A stretch of DNA of 64,000 nucleotides from Haplodiscus bocki (lineage: Eukaryota): assembly GCA_965655095.1 (NCBI GenBank), contig OZ296655.1:33976001-34040000 (forward strand). The letters are read 5' to 3'. The position numbers and the translations under genes were made by a program. The stretch's first letter is position 1, and every line of letters starts with the position of its first letter. Below are positions 25,150 through 36,899 of the stretch, in pieces. Below the pieces are notes generated by a model that ran no database searches, was not told where the DNA came from, and saw nothing but the letters and a program-made list of their open reading frames with translations.

Positions 25150-25960
25150 TGCTTAGCTGACGGCATCCGGTCTTGTCAAATGAATGCGATCCACCAATTT
25201 GACGATATTCTTGTACTAGAGTCTTTTGTCCACTCCCACAAACCGAAAGAACATGGGATTCCTGTGCAGTAGTTCATTTGTCATCTTGATGTAACAAGAA
25301 GTGTCAGTTTGTCGCCTCGGGATGCCCATTACGTAGACCATCTTTACCATAGACTGGAGAATCCTGGCGATTCGGCATATTTCGTCGTAGACCTAAGTAA
25401 AATCATGGGCAGCAATAAAGTTAGACAATAAACTCAGCGACACTATCGAAAGCGTCAAAGAAAGTGATAATTTTGGTTGGACTTGTAAAATTCGGAAAAT
25501 GACGCAATGAAGTAACCAGAATTTTTATGTCTTGAGCAATCAAGTATTGCATAAAAAAGCTACTTTATTCCAGTATTCGGAAGAAACTCCTATTTCTCTG
25601 CTCAATGAGAATCAAATTCTTCAAGTAAGGTGACTCGCTAGCCTTACAAGTTGCATTTTGATACCAAGTATAGCACAGGCCATGGGCGAACTGCGTTGAA
25701 CCAGTGAAATCATGATAGAACGCTGCACGAGAAAATCAGTTTTGAGAAAACAACAAAAAATTTCCTCAAATGCTGACATTTCGGCGCGATCTGCCGTTTT
25801 TCCACCGTCCATGAAAACAATTTCCTGCAACTAAAAATACGGACGAAAACGTTAGATTTAGGAAACGGATTCCTTCAAAGATATCCCACGGCATGCCTTT
25901 GGAAACTGCTAATGTGCTACACTCCTCGAAAATCATTAGAGAGCAGATAGTCCCCAGCCG
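25150..25960 (-). pseudogene. Possible SGNH/GDSL hydrolase-fold remnant (partial duplicate at ~29470-30065)
   Basis: Fragments are AGDYLL (GDSL-like), TLAVSKG..D, VFLVAGN, VYVMGIPRR..IKMTNELL and DRIHLT (DxxH). There are many stops and frameshifts. Confidence 0.38.
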
Positions 25961-26562
25961 GAAGGTACGCGCTGTCTCTGCATTGAAGAACACATTTGAA
26001 CTCGCAGCCATTTTAATTAGCTGCAAACTGACTCATAGCAACTGAAAAACATAAGCTCTCCAAAAAACTGTTCGTAAACAGGATCCACTGAGGATTCAAA
26101 TAGCAGATCCAAAAATAGGCTACGTCTGTACCACCGATGATGCTGAAACTTAACTTTCAAGAGTGATTGATGTGGTGTTTTCTCACCAGGGAAGGCATGC
26201 TTCAAAAGACCCTAAACACGAAATACTAGACAAATAACCGGTCATCAAACCAAATGAGAAGATATAATCGGGTACCCTTGCAAAGTTTACGGCAATTTTG
26301 GCTTGATTTTTCTGATTCTCGGTTTTACACACAGACAGGGCATGAACTTATCACAGAAGGCATTATTTGTCTTCTCCCGGTACTGTAAATGATAACATAC
26401 CGTTAACGTCCAACGAACTGGATAAGCGATCCTAAATCACAAACCTATAATCCCCGAAGACCGGAATAACCAAATGATCAAAAACTTAAGATTAACAGAT
26501 GAGATCTCGTTATCAAGGTTACTCAAACGTACGATAATCGATGAATTTAGTACAGATCAATG

Positions 26563-26662
26563 CACGGGTTCGAATCCCAGTCTTCAGCCAGTTCTTTCTT
26601 TTTATATAGGTATCATGAATGAATGTTTTTCCTTCCATATACGAAATATGGGCGGAAATAAG
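26563..26662 (+). other. tRNA-like B-box/3' half, T-tract and terminal hairpin module (copy at ~30658-30752)
   Basis: GGGTTCGAATCCCAGTCTTCAGCCA is followed by a T-rich run and then TTTTCCTTCCATATACGAAATATGGGCGGAAAT. Confidence 0.55.
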
Positions 26663-26721
26663 AAATGAATTTCTGTTAATATTGTAGAACCACCTTGACC
26701 TTTGTTTTAGGTTGAAACCTA

Positions 26722-29700
26722 AACTTTCTGGAAGTCAAACACTGATTGCATGCTTAAAACAAGAGTCACCATAAGGGTTGACTTGTTCAAGATGGGTCTC
26801 TATTATAAATCTTTTGTTACAGTCAAAAAAGTCTTAAAAAGGTGAAAAGGGATCCGCTGTTTATCAGACAAGCACTTCAATCAAAACTTATTTGAACATC
26901 GAAGAGTTTATTTCTATGAGATTGGAAGGGAAGAAAAGTATCCAGAGCTGCATGATTTTTTGAATACGAACTTGTCAAAATAAAGCAAGATGTATGTACA
27001 GAATCATGTAACAAACATTGTGTAACATCATTTATCATAAAGGTTTCAAAGGGCACTAGTGATTAAGAGGGAACTAACTTGATCGCCTTCAAACAATAAT
27101 TAAAAGAACTCGCGTAAAAGAAAGAACCAGACATATCTGAAGTCTCTATAAATTTCTTCGGCATGGTTACACAAAATCCAGTTCAAAAATCATTAAAAAG
27201 CGTCAAGGGTTAAAATCAGTCTGAAGAAAAGGAAACAGTTAGTGAACAGACTGGCTGAGTATATCAGTTTCTGGAAGTATCCTTCAATATAAAAAGAAAA
27301 TATACAGTAAACAAAGGACCATAGTTGGTTACCGAAAAAAGACAGCAAATTAGATGGCACCAGTTGTCCCAAGGAGGTGAAGCTCAACAAACGGAGAAAT
27401 CTCATGACTAAAAATTCATTTAAGACAGTCATCATAAGGGTTAACTTATTAACGACCACCCGGTTGCGGTATGAAACAGAATACGAGGCTCTTCGTCAAC
27501 GTTTTTAGACGTTAGACCTGCGTTTTCTACTTGACTTTCCGAAAACTTCTTCATCATCGATATCATTATCGGCCGCATCTTTTTCATATGCGTTCACAAG
27601 CTCAAGAGTTGCTTCGGCCAGGATTGTGCTCTCGAGATTTCCCTTTTCGGTTGAACATTGGGAGACCGAGAGAGCAGCTTTCAATTGATCCAATTCAGCT
27701 TTCTTTCAGTTGTGCCAGTTACGCTCGCTCACCATGCTTTTGAAACTACCTCTGGCCTCTATCTATGCATTAGTAGGTCCATTCCGGTTTTTCCGCTTGA
27801 CAGCCTCTGAAAAATAATCGGGTCCCATATTTCTATGAAAATGAGAACGGTACACCTAAAACAATCGGACCGAAAAGTGCGAAATAATTTTCGAACAGTT
27901 GTTACAGGAACGTAGTGACATAATCCTTCGGGCCTCTTGCATACTTTTTGCATGTATACATTGTCCTGGTGCCTTTGACTTTAACAATGCTCTTCTCCTC
28001 GAACGGTTTCCAAAACCGAAGCATCAACGATCAGTGTCGCTTGAAACCCACATTTCAGAGCGGCTACCCACAACTCCATGCAACATTGATCACTTATGCA
28101 CAAGGATGAACCATTGTAAACAAAGGAAATCCTTCACGCAGTGGATCAAGTTCTGTGAGCACGTGAATAGAGGGAGAAATGAAACCCCACATAACGAAAT
28201 GAACGAATCTAATTAGCGAGAAGCTTACCCTAATTTCAGCTTTTTCTGTACTTCTTCCTTGAATGCTATCCGACAATTGCGGTCTAACGAAGCTCCGACC
28301 ATCATTTAAGAAGTACAATCAGAGGTACGTGGATTTCAATGTCTCTTTAATTGAATACTCAACATCGTTAAAACTGTGATGGAGAGAAGCCGGAGGTCTT
28401 GTTTTTTGAGCAGAGCTAGTGGTTTGCGACATTTTGAACTGAAAATGGAAGAAGGTCTTGAAGAAGAACATGCCAAAAAATACACGAGTTCGCGCTGCTC
28501 GTAAAGCTGAAAACACCCATAGGACGGCACCTTGTCAAATTTCAGACTTTCGACTCAGAAGCGAAGCTGGGCTTTGCAACACTGGCTCCAGTGGAATACT
28601 ACTGAACAAAACAAACAAGTTTAATTATTTTTCAAAGGAGTCACGGTAATACGACAACTACTAATTAAGCAAACAGAAATTCAATTACTCAGTTAGTTCA
28701 ATAAAACTTATATACAAGTGTAACAAGTAAGAAATGCGATCGCTCATTTTATATTGAAGCAAGCGCGCACGCTGGAAAACAGGCAACGTGCAAAAGTTCC
28801 TGCAACTGCGCTGGAGTACATGAACAATTTTATAGCCAGACAGAGTTTACAAAACCTAGGCAGCATTGAAATGTAGGCGCAAATGCGAGTTTTGAACGGA
28901 TCGGGAAGAAAGAATCAAGCCTGTGGTATAATACTTGCTTGCGCAAGAGTTAATAGAAATATCAACTGAAGTTTCAAGGAATTTCTGCGCCAGTTGTTTT
29001 GGGCAAAAGAGCGTGCGAAATTTCAAACACTACTTACTTAGAAAGTTGGTTGAAAAAGGTTTTTGCAATTCAAAAAGTTAGTTTCGTCGAACGGAAAGTA
29101 AGAATAGAAATTCTGTGATGCGTACCACCCATGTAGCGTTGAAAGGATTGATTAATTCAAGAGTATTCGTACTGCAGAATCACATTTAACAAGTGGTAGG
29201 AAATAGAGTGACCTCCAAAGCCGGCTAAGATGCCGGAACTTACACAAGTCTCAATCAACTTAATGTTCAAAAAGTAGGTAGGAGTATTATTCCTCGTTGC
29301 AAAATAAAGGCGATAAAAAACCAGTCTCAGAAAAAGCAACTTTTTTTGAAAAATAATCTACAATTGCATGACAATGACAAGGTTTTCAAGACTCAAAATA
29401 AGAAGGCAAAGTTGGCATGTGAATGTAATACCCCTATAAGGGTGACAATTCACCGTGAAATTTCATTCTTTATGATAGTGCGTAGCTGACGGCATCCGTT
29501 CTTATCAATGAATGCGATCCACCAATTTGACGATATTCTTGCACTAGAGTCTTTTGTCCACTCCCACAAACCGAAGGAACATGGGATTCCTGTGCAGTAG
29601 TTCATTTGTCATCTTGATGTAACAAGAAGTATCAGTTTGTCGCCTCGTGATGCCCATTACGTAGACCATCTTTACCATAGACTGGAGAATCCTGGCGATT

Positions 29701-30810
29701 CGGCATATTTCGTCGTAGACCTAAGTAAAATCATGGGCAGCAATAAAGCTAGACAATAAACACAGCGACACTATCGAAAGCGTCAAAGAAATTGATAATT
29801 TTGGTTGGACTTGTAGAATTCGGAAAATGGCGCAATGAAGTAACCAGAATTGTTATGTCTTGAGGAATCAAGTATTGCATAAAAAAGCTACTTGACTCCA
29901 GTATTCGGAAGAAACTCCTAATTCTCTGCTCAATGAGTCAATGAAAATCAAATACTTCAAGTAAAGTCACTCGCAAGCCTTACGTGTTGGATTTTGATAC
30001 CAAATATAGCACAGGCCACGGGCGAAGTGCGTTGAACCAGAGCAGATAGTCCCCAGCCGGAAGGTACGCGCTGTCTCTGCATTGAAGAACACATTTGAAC
30101 TCGGAGCCATTTTAACTAGCTGCAAACTGACTCATAGCAACTGAAAAACAGGCTCTCCAAGAAACTGTTCGTAAACAGGATCCACTGAGGATTCAAATAG
30201 CAGATCCAAAAATAGGCTACGTCTGTACCACCGATGATGCTGAAACTTAACTTTCAAGCGTGATTAATGTAGTGTTTTCTCACCAGAAAAGGCATGCTTC
30301 AAAAGACCCTAAACACGAAATGCTAGACAAATACCGGTCATCAAACCAAATGAGAAGATTTAATCGGGTACCCTTGCAAAGTTTACGGCAATTTTGGCTT
30401 GATTTTTCTGATTCTCGGTTTGACACACAGACAGGGCATGAACTTATCACAGAAGGCAATATTTGTCTTCTCCCGGTACTGTAAATGATAACATACCGTT
30501 AACGTCCAACGAACTGGATAAGCGATCCTAAATCACAAACCTATAATCCCCGAAGACCGGAATAACCAAATGATCAAAAACTTAAGATTAACAGATGAGA
30601 TCTCGTTATCAAGGTTACTCAAACGTACGATAATCGATGAATTTAGTACAGATCAATGCACGGGTTCGAATCCCAGTCTTCAGCCAGTTTTTTTTATATA
30701 GCTATCATGAAAGGGTGTTTTTCCTTCCATATACGAAATATGGGCGGAAATAAGAAATGAATTTCTGTTAATATTGTAGAACCACCTTAACCTTTAAGGT
30801 TGAAACTTAA
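26722..30810. repeat. Tandem duplication, copy 2 (4.1 kb, two internal deletions)
   Basis: Colinear with copy 1 but lacking the equivalents of ~22404-23574 and ~25705-25940. Confidence 0.93.
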
Positions 30811-31239
30811 GTAGAATTTGTCAGCACTGTTATATGGTTTGCCCGATACAGAAATCATCATGAAACCAAGATGATCTGCATGAAAAATTTCCCTGGCTTT
30901 CATTAGTCATATGCCCTTAGGGTTCATTCACTTGTCTTCGAAGCTCGAACGTCTGTCCAGAGCTTTCAATTTATTCAATTTATAAGAAAAATTTGTTTGA
31001 TAAAAATTAAAACGACCATACCCATCGAATACTTTTTCTTCCATATTTTGAAGTATGCGGAAAAAATGACAATTGTGTTATGAATCATTCATAATCATAG
31101 AGACAAACGGGTAGAATCCTTATCTGCAAGCTATCTGGCCTCTGTCGATAAGTTGTTGTCTGGACGTCCGTATCATTCTGAGAGAACATCATTTATCTAA
31201 AATTATTACGAAAGGGCTAAATCAGCATACATGCAATGA

Positions 31240-32640
31240 AGAATATGAATAACATCTAAAGATACAGAATGAACATCACGTGGGTTTGGACGTTATTACC
31301 AAATTTTATCGAAACGGATTTGAACGTTGTCCTCTGGATGTTATTTCTGGCCCCCAAATATGGAATATTATCTTAATTTATAGCAAGAGTGGTATTTTAG
31401 GGTTGAGAATAACTTCCGACGCGGGAATATTAAATTAAAATGACGTCTAGATAAATAATGTCCAAAACGCAGTGTACCAATGTACTGGAAGAGCTCGACA
31501 TGGCTCTTTAGGCTTCATTCCCGAAATATGGATTTAGGGGTTAATCTCCAGACGTGATTTCTGCCACCCACCGCTCCCCCCCCCATGGATTAGGATCAAA
31601 AATATCAATAGGGAATAAGATCTAAGTATATCATGTAAAGTCACTCAGGAATAACGTCTCAAACAAAATGTACTCAGATACTGAATGGGCTTGGAATGCT
31701 TTAGGCCATATTGCCGAAATGGATGTAAACGTTATTCCTATCCCCCCAAAGTCGAATTAGGATCTAAATTATCATGAAGGAATAAGATCCAAAAACGCCT
31801 AAAACATCTAGAAATTAACACGTTAAAGTCACTCGGGAATGACGTCCGAATGAGGAACGTGTAAAACATCATGTACTCAGATACTGGATGAGATTGGCAT
31901 GCTTCAAGGCCATAGTCGCGAATTGGATTTAAACGTTATTCCTGCCCAAAGTGGGATTAGTATCTAAATATCAAAAGGGAATAACATCCAAAAACGCCTG
32001 AAATATCAAAAGATTAATGTAAAAAAAAGTCACTCGGGAACAACGCCCTAAACAGAATGTACTAAGATACTGGAAGAGCTTGGCATGATTCTTAAGGTTT
32101 TACTCCCGAAATGTATTGGACGTTTCTCTTCAGACGTCAGTTCGGACCCCCACCGCCCCCCCCCCTCTCACGCAAAGTGGAAGTAGGAACTAAAACTTGA
32201 GACGATTCCGTTCCGTCGAATACTCTGATGAATTCTGAACAACGGCTCCTCATTGTCGAATGGTTTTCGACCTATGTTTTGTCAACTTTTTATGAACTAC
32301 TTTCAAGAAAAAGCCAAAAGAAAAAGAGAATAAATTAACAGTTAGGACAAAATTAAACACACGTTGGGCAAAAATCCATTATGGAGTGAGCGTCACCTTG
32401 CTTTAGCGCTATTCCCGAAATGGATTTAGATGTTACCCCTCCCCCGCCAAAAAGTGGGATAAGATCTACAGCATCAAAAGAATAACATGTCAAAGTCACT
32501 CAGGAGTAACGTCTAAATCAATAACGTCCAAAGCACAATATACTAAGATACTGGAAGAACTTGTCATGGCTTTAGGTTTCTTTCCCGAAATTGATTTAGA
32601 CGATATTCGTTACACGTCATTCCTGCCCCCTCCCCCCCCA
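31240..32640 (+). repeat. Diverged ~190-bp minisatellite array
   Basis: A TACTGGAAGAGCTTGGCATG-like marker occurs at ~31483, 31679, 31882, 32068 and 32549. CGAAATGGATTTA and AAAGTCACTC also recur. Confidence 0.8.
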
Positions 32641-32643
32641 GAG

Positions 32644-32817
32644 TGATTAGGAAATAAAAATTGAGACGTTATTCTGCTACGTCGAATGGACTCTGATGAA
32701 TTCTGAACAATATTGAATCAGCTGTGAAAATGATTAGGAAATAAAACTTGAGACGTTATTCTGCTCCGTCGAATGGACTCTGATGAATTCTGAACAATAT
32801 TGAATCAGCTGTGAAAA
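32644..32817 (+). repeat. 87-bp direct tandem duplication
   Basis: TGATTAGGAAATAAAA..CAGCTGTGAAAA occurs at 32644 and 32731 with two mismatches; a partial third copy is at ~32183-32242. Confidence 0.92.
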
Positions 32818-33383
32818 TAACTAATTTTCTCTGTTAGCATTTCTGAAAAATACTGATTCAGCTCTGAACATAGCTGATTTCTTCTGATCCGGCCATGAAC
32901 ATCGCTGGTGCAGAGATTTTTCATGTTCGCCCAAAAACACTGTTGAAACATCGAAATTAACTCCTGTAGCGTTTTTTTCCTGATTGCAGGATTAAGTATT
33001 TTTCACCTTTTTTTTGTTCTAGTAAGAAGTCGTCTGACATGGAATCAGAAGGAAATACAGATTTCGGGAAAATCACGTTTTTGGAATTTTTCAAGAGAAC
33101 CCACTAAAAGTTGTTCCGAAATTTTCGATTTCTCGTCTCTTCAGCATCAATATTGAAAAAAAAACACTTTTTCTGGCTGTTTCGATGGTCTTCGCCTGCT
33201 TGCTGCCTTCCAGTAATGTTCAGCGCTGAATCAGAGATGTTCAGAAATGTTCATCACTGAATCAGTTATGATCAGAGATGTCAAAATTAAAGTCGGCTGG
33301 TACAGCTCTGAACATCGCTGAAAACGCAAAATCTCTGAATCAGCGCTGAAAATGACTGAATATCTATGAGAGCTCAACCCGGG
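32690..33383. mobile_element. DNA-transposon end with clustered subterminal repeats and a CCCGGG terminus (CACTA/CMC-like)
   Basis: Multiple CAGCTCTGAA, CAGCGCTGAA and ATCAGAGATG motifs end abruptly at GAGCTCAACCCGGG. Confidence 0.5.
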
Positions 33384-33476
33384 TCCTTTTTCATAGGAGC
33401 TCCATTTTATTGTCTTCTAGAAAATTTTACTTTGTAATAATATGAAATATATACTTGCGCTACCATGACTATAAAA

Positions 33477-33480
<4 letters not shown>

Positions 33481-33530
<50 letters not shown>
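33481..33530. repeat. (TC)25 microsatellite
   Basis: Perfect dinucleotide run. Confidence 0.98.
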
Positions 33531-33532
<2 letters not shown>

Positions 33533-35549
33533 CTTTTTCATAGTTATCCGGAAAATGTTTCAATTTAAACGTCACTTTTTATTTAGGCTACCTTTTAGCA
33601 AAAATTATGTTTTCGAATTTGAATTTCCTGAACGCTAATAATTGGATTGCAACCTTTCGCTATCAATGCAACTGGTAAAGCCTACTCAATGCAAGAGATC
33701 TCAATTTGCATCTTTCATGTTAAAATTCTCATTGTAAATTTCCAATTTTGCGAAGAACAGTTAGCAGATTGCATTTTTCGGAAGTGAATTTCGGAACACC
33801 ATCGGTCGGATAGAAGTTCAGTCACAGCCTTTATCCTATTGACAGCTTTGAGCAGCTCCGCTTTGACTCTGTTACACTTGCAATAGCAAGTATGATGAAC
33901 ACTGATATGGTGGATACTTTCTTTCCGACAGCGGACAACTGTTTCACGATATCGAATCAAACTGCGCGCTTTGCTGAACTTATAGTTCAACATCTCGCGT
34001 TTGAACTTCCAAATCTTGTGTGTGTGAATTTGTCATTGTGTCAATATTTGCCGGGAGTATCTAAGTTGGTAGAAATTTATTTGGCGTGAAAACTAATTGC
34101 ACGCGTCAACCCTCTTCGTTTTTGACAGAAAAGCAAATATTTCTTACAGAAGTGGGATTTTCTTCAATGTTTTCTACACAATATGCAGTACACCTGGTTC
34201 ACAATATATCATATCCAAGATTTTTCATCTCCAATTTTTTCGCCGAGTTCCGAAAAAGATTGGAATTTTCGGGACTTCTAGAGTAAATGCCATATTTTGA
34301 GCGTTTTTGATTTTATGCGCTCCAGATACACTTACTAACAACTATGAGAGAAACGTTAATCTTCGTTGAGATTTTCAATGTAAGAGAAATACCTGCGAAG
34401 AGGCAGGTGTGTCCTGTTTTTCATGTTTTACTTGAAATATTTTAGCTAATTTTTTTTTCACTTGCGTCCTTATTCAAAAATGTTTTTCTGAGAGACTGCC
34501 GATAGAATGACGGATATAAAGTATTTTCTCAAAAGCCTGCACTTTGAAAAATTGGAAAAAATGCAGGGAGTGCCCATATGATACTTCTCACTCGAAATAT
34601 TGACTCGCAGCTTAGTTTCGTCTCTTTTCAGTTCTCTGTCGGAAACTGCGTATTGTATTACAACCCTCGATTGCTCATAAAATTCCGCAGTGTGAAGCTT
34701 CTTCGGAGCAACAGGGATATCGTGTTTCCCACTTTTCAGGAGAAATATCTTGACTTGTAATTAGAAATATTGAAGTTTTAGTTGTGTCAATTTTCGAAGT
34801 GGGTTTCCTCCGAGTACCTGATGGAATGCAACCATCGAGTGCTCATTAAAAGGCCTGCCTTAAAAAGAATTTGCGGAGTAGCAGAACTGTCGTGTTCAGT
34901 GTTTTTCCCACGAAATATTTTGAACTGTAATACAAAATTCAAGTTTTTCAAAATTTACAACAGTGTTTTATGATTGCGTCTTTCCAAAATTTTTTTTTCG
35001 GAACTACCGGTTGGATTGCAATCATTGGTTGCTCATTCAAGAGCCTGCAGTATGGAAGCCTCCGGAGTAGCAGGGATGTCATGTTTTCTACTGTTCCAAA
35101 GAAACATCTTGACTTCTCTTTGGGATTTCAAAATTGTTTACATGTCTTCTTTTACTGTTGTTTTTCTGGCAGACTACGGGTTGGATTTGTCGTCATCCAA
35201 TGCACAACCTAACTCTCAATAAGTAGGATTGCTCTGTGACAGGCGTAACTTCCATTTCTTCAGTAGAAGCGTTTTCTCTGTAAATTTTACTATAACGAGA
35301 TGTTCGTGAGAATTAAGTGAGCAGCTTCCTTCGATGGTAAATTAGTCGATGCCGTTCCTCACTTTTTTTCTGTCGCAAGTTTTTGCGAAGCACAGCTTCA
35401 CCTATTTGTTAAAAAATGTATTGCTATCGTTGTCTCAGAACGAAATTGCTGTGAACATTTTTAAAGTTGGAGTGAAAGAAAAGCATCAATATGGAATGAA
35501 AAATTAAATGAAACTTCTGATATAGTATTGCAACAGTATCTTGTTTCAG

Positions 35550-36034
35550 CCAAGGATTCTCTACAGATTCAGAAATGTTTCACCGTCCAACGACAACTTC
35601 TTTTAGCAGCCATCGACAGTTGTAACAGTCAATCAAAAACTGGTGGTTTCATTGTTTATTCAACCTGTTCAGTTTTAGTCGCCGAAAACGAAGCAGTGGT
35701 CGACTATGCTTTGAAGCACCGTCATGTCAAAATTGTTCCTACTGGGTTGGATATAGGAGAATGTGGGTTCACCAAATTCAGAACGGCCAGATTTCACCCT
35801 ACTCTCAAAGAAACCAAAAGGTTTTACCCACATGTGCATAACATGGATGGATTTTTCATTTGCAAATTGTACAAAACTGCTGAAGGTGTGAAAACATTCA
35901 AAGAGGAACATGAAGATAACTACGAGGAGCGAGTCGAAGAACAACAATTTTTTGAGGACGATGATCATCAGAATGGTGAAGATGAAGATGCAGGTGATGA
36001 CAATGAATCGGATTCGGAGGGCGTGTCTGATTAA
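35550..36034 (+). CDS. NOP2: NOP2 coding exon 3 (motif VI, YSTCS; acidic tail; stop)
   Basis: The acceptor is TTGTTTCAG|CC, and T+CC gives Ser, restoring VKTSKDSLQ. It contains GGFIVYSTCSVLVAENEAVVDYAL and RFYPHVHNMDGFFICKL. The three exons sum to 1260+124+485=1869 nt (622 aa plus TAA). Confidence 0.95.
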
Positions 36035-36899
36035 TTTTTTGTTCTTTTTGTTGGGATTCGAATCTAAATATAACTTGCGAAATACAAATTGTTGCAGAAA
36101 GTTCGACGGGCAAAAAAAGCACTTTCTGTCATCAATTAATCGTAAGAATAACCTTTATCAAATTAAAAAGAATAGGTTTCGAGTGCTTAGCCTGAAGTGT
36201 CATTATTATCGAATGACCTTTACCACATTAAAAGGAGTCAACTTCTTTTCTGTTATTAAACTAAGCGTTTCGATATCAGCTTTCGTTCAAAACCTAGATA
36301 TTTGACAGAAATTAAACATGTCTGGGATTTCGCAATAGCCCATTTTGTGGAGAGCAAGTTAACAGGTGAGAGTATAAAAACTGCGGAAAACTTGTCGGAA
36401 AACAAACTAGTCACAGTGAAGGTAGAAATGCCGATGAATACAACTGCACATTCACTCCGTTATTTAGCTGTCATTTAAAATTTTACGCATTACTGGTTAT
36501 TACCACTTAGTCTCAATTCTTGCCCTCCAAACAGTCACTGGATTTTGGTTGGCACTCATAATAACGGAACAGCTCGGGGTCGGCGCTGCTCATCTGTCGG
36601 GCGCGAAAGCTCGAATACGAAGAGTTCTCACAGAAAAAGATGTCGAAAACTTTTTGTCTCTAAAAAACTAAGGAGGGGCTTTTTAATGCTTCAAATGTTT
36701 TTTAGTAGCGAAAAATTATGCAAGGGGGGCTATCACTATTTTTCAACAAAAATTTTTGTGCCTCTTGAGCACCGGGACATTTCGTAGGAGGGACATTTTG
36801 CTGCTTTTGAGAACTTGACCTTGCTTGCTTTAGACTACGTGCAGGTGTTAAAATATTGTGCCATGTAAAACATTGCGATGAAGTGGACAAGTTGTTTTC

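Larger units (their letters stand above)
21228..26721. repeat. Tandem duplication, copy 1 (5.5 kb)
   Basis: It starts AACTTTCTGGAAGTCAAACAC and ends AGGTTGAAACCTA. Matching ORFs sit at offset 5494 (21699/27193, 22011/27505). Confidence 0.93.
11294..35549 (+). other. NOP2 intron 2 (24,256 bp, GT-AG), filled with transposon debris
   Basis: The splice phases are compatible and the protein is continuous across the junction (KT|SKD), so no missing exon is needed. Confidence 0.88.

Noticed and set aside
26563-26590. Functional tRNA gene
   Set aside because: Only the T-loop and 3' end are present; there is no D-arm, anticodon arm or 5' acceptor strand.
31240-32640. CRISPR-like array (also 15290-16010 and the 30-bp terminal motifs)
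   Set aside because: The context is eukaryotic, the units are diverged along their whole length, and there are no unique spacers or cas genes.
32220-32800. Hammerhead ribozyme (CTGATGA cores at ~32225, 32693 and 32780)
   Set aside because: I found no stem II closing onto a correctly placed GAAA and no stems I/III.
33700-34300. Short overlapping ORFs as a transposase fragment
   Set aside because: No diagnostic motif was recognised.
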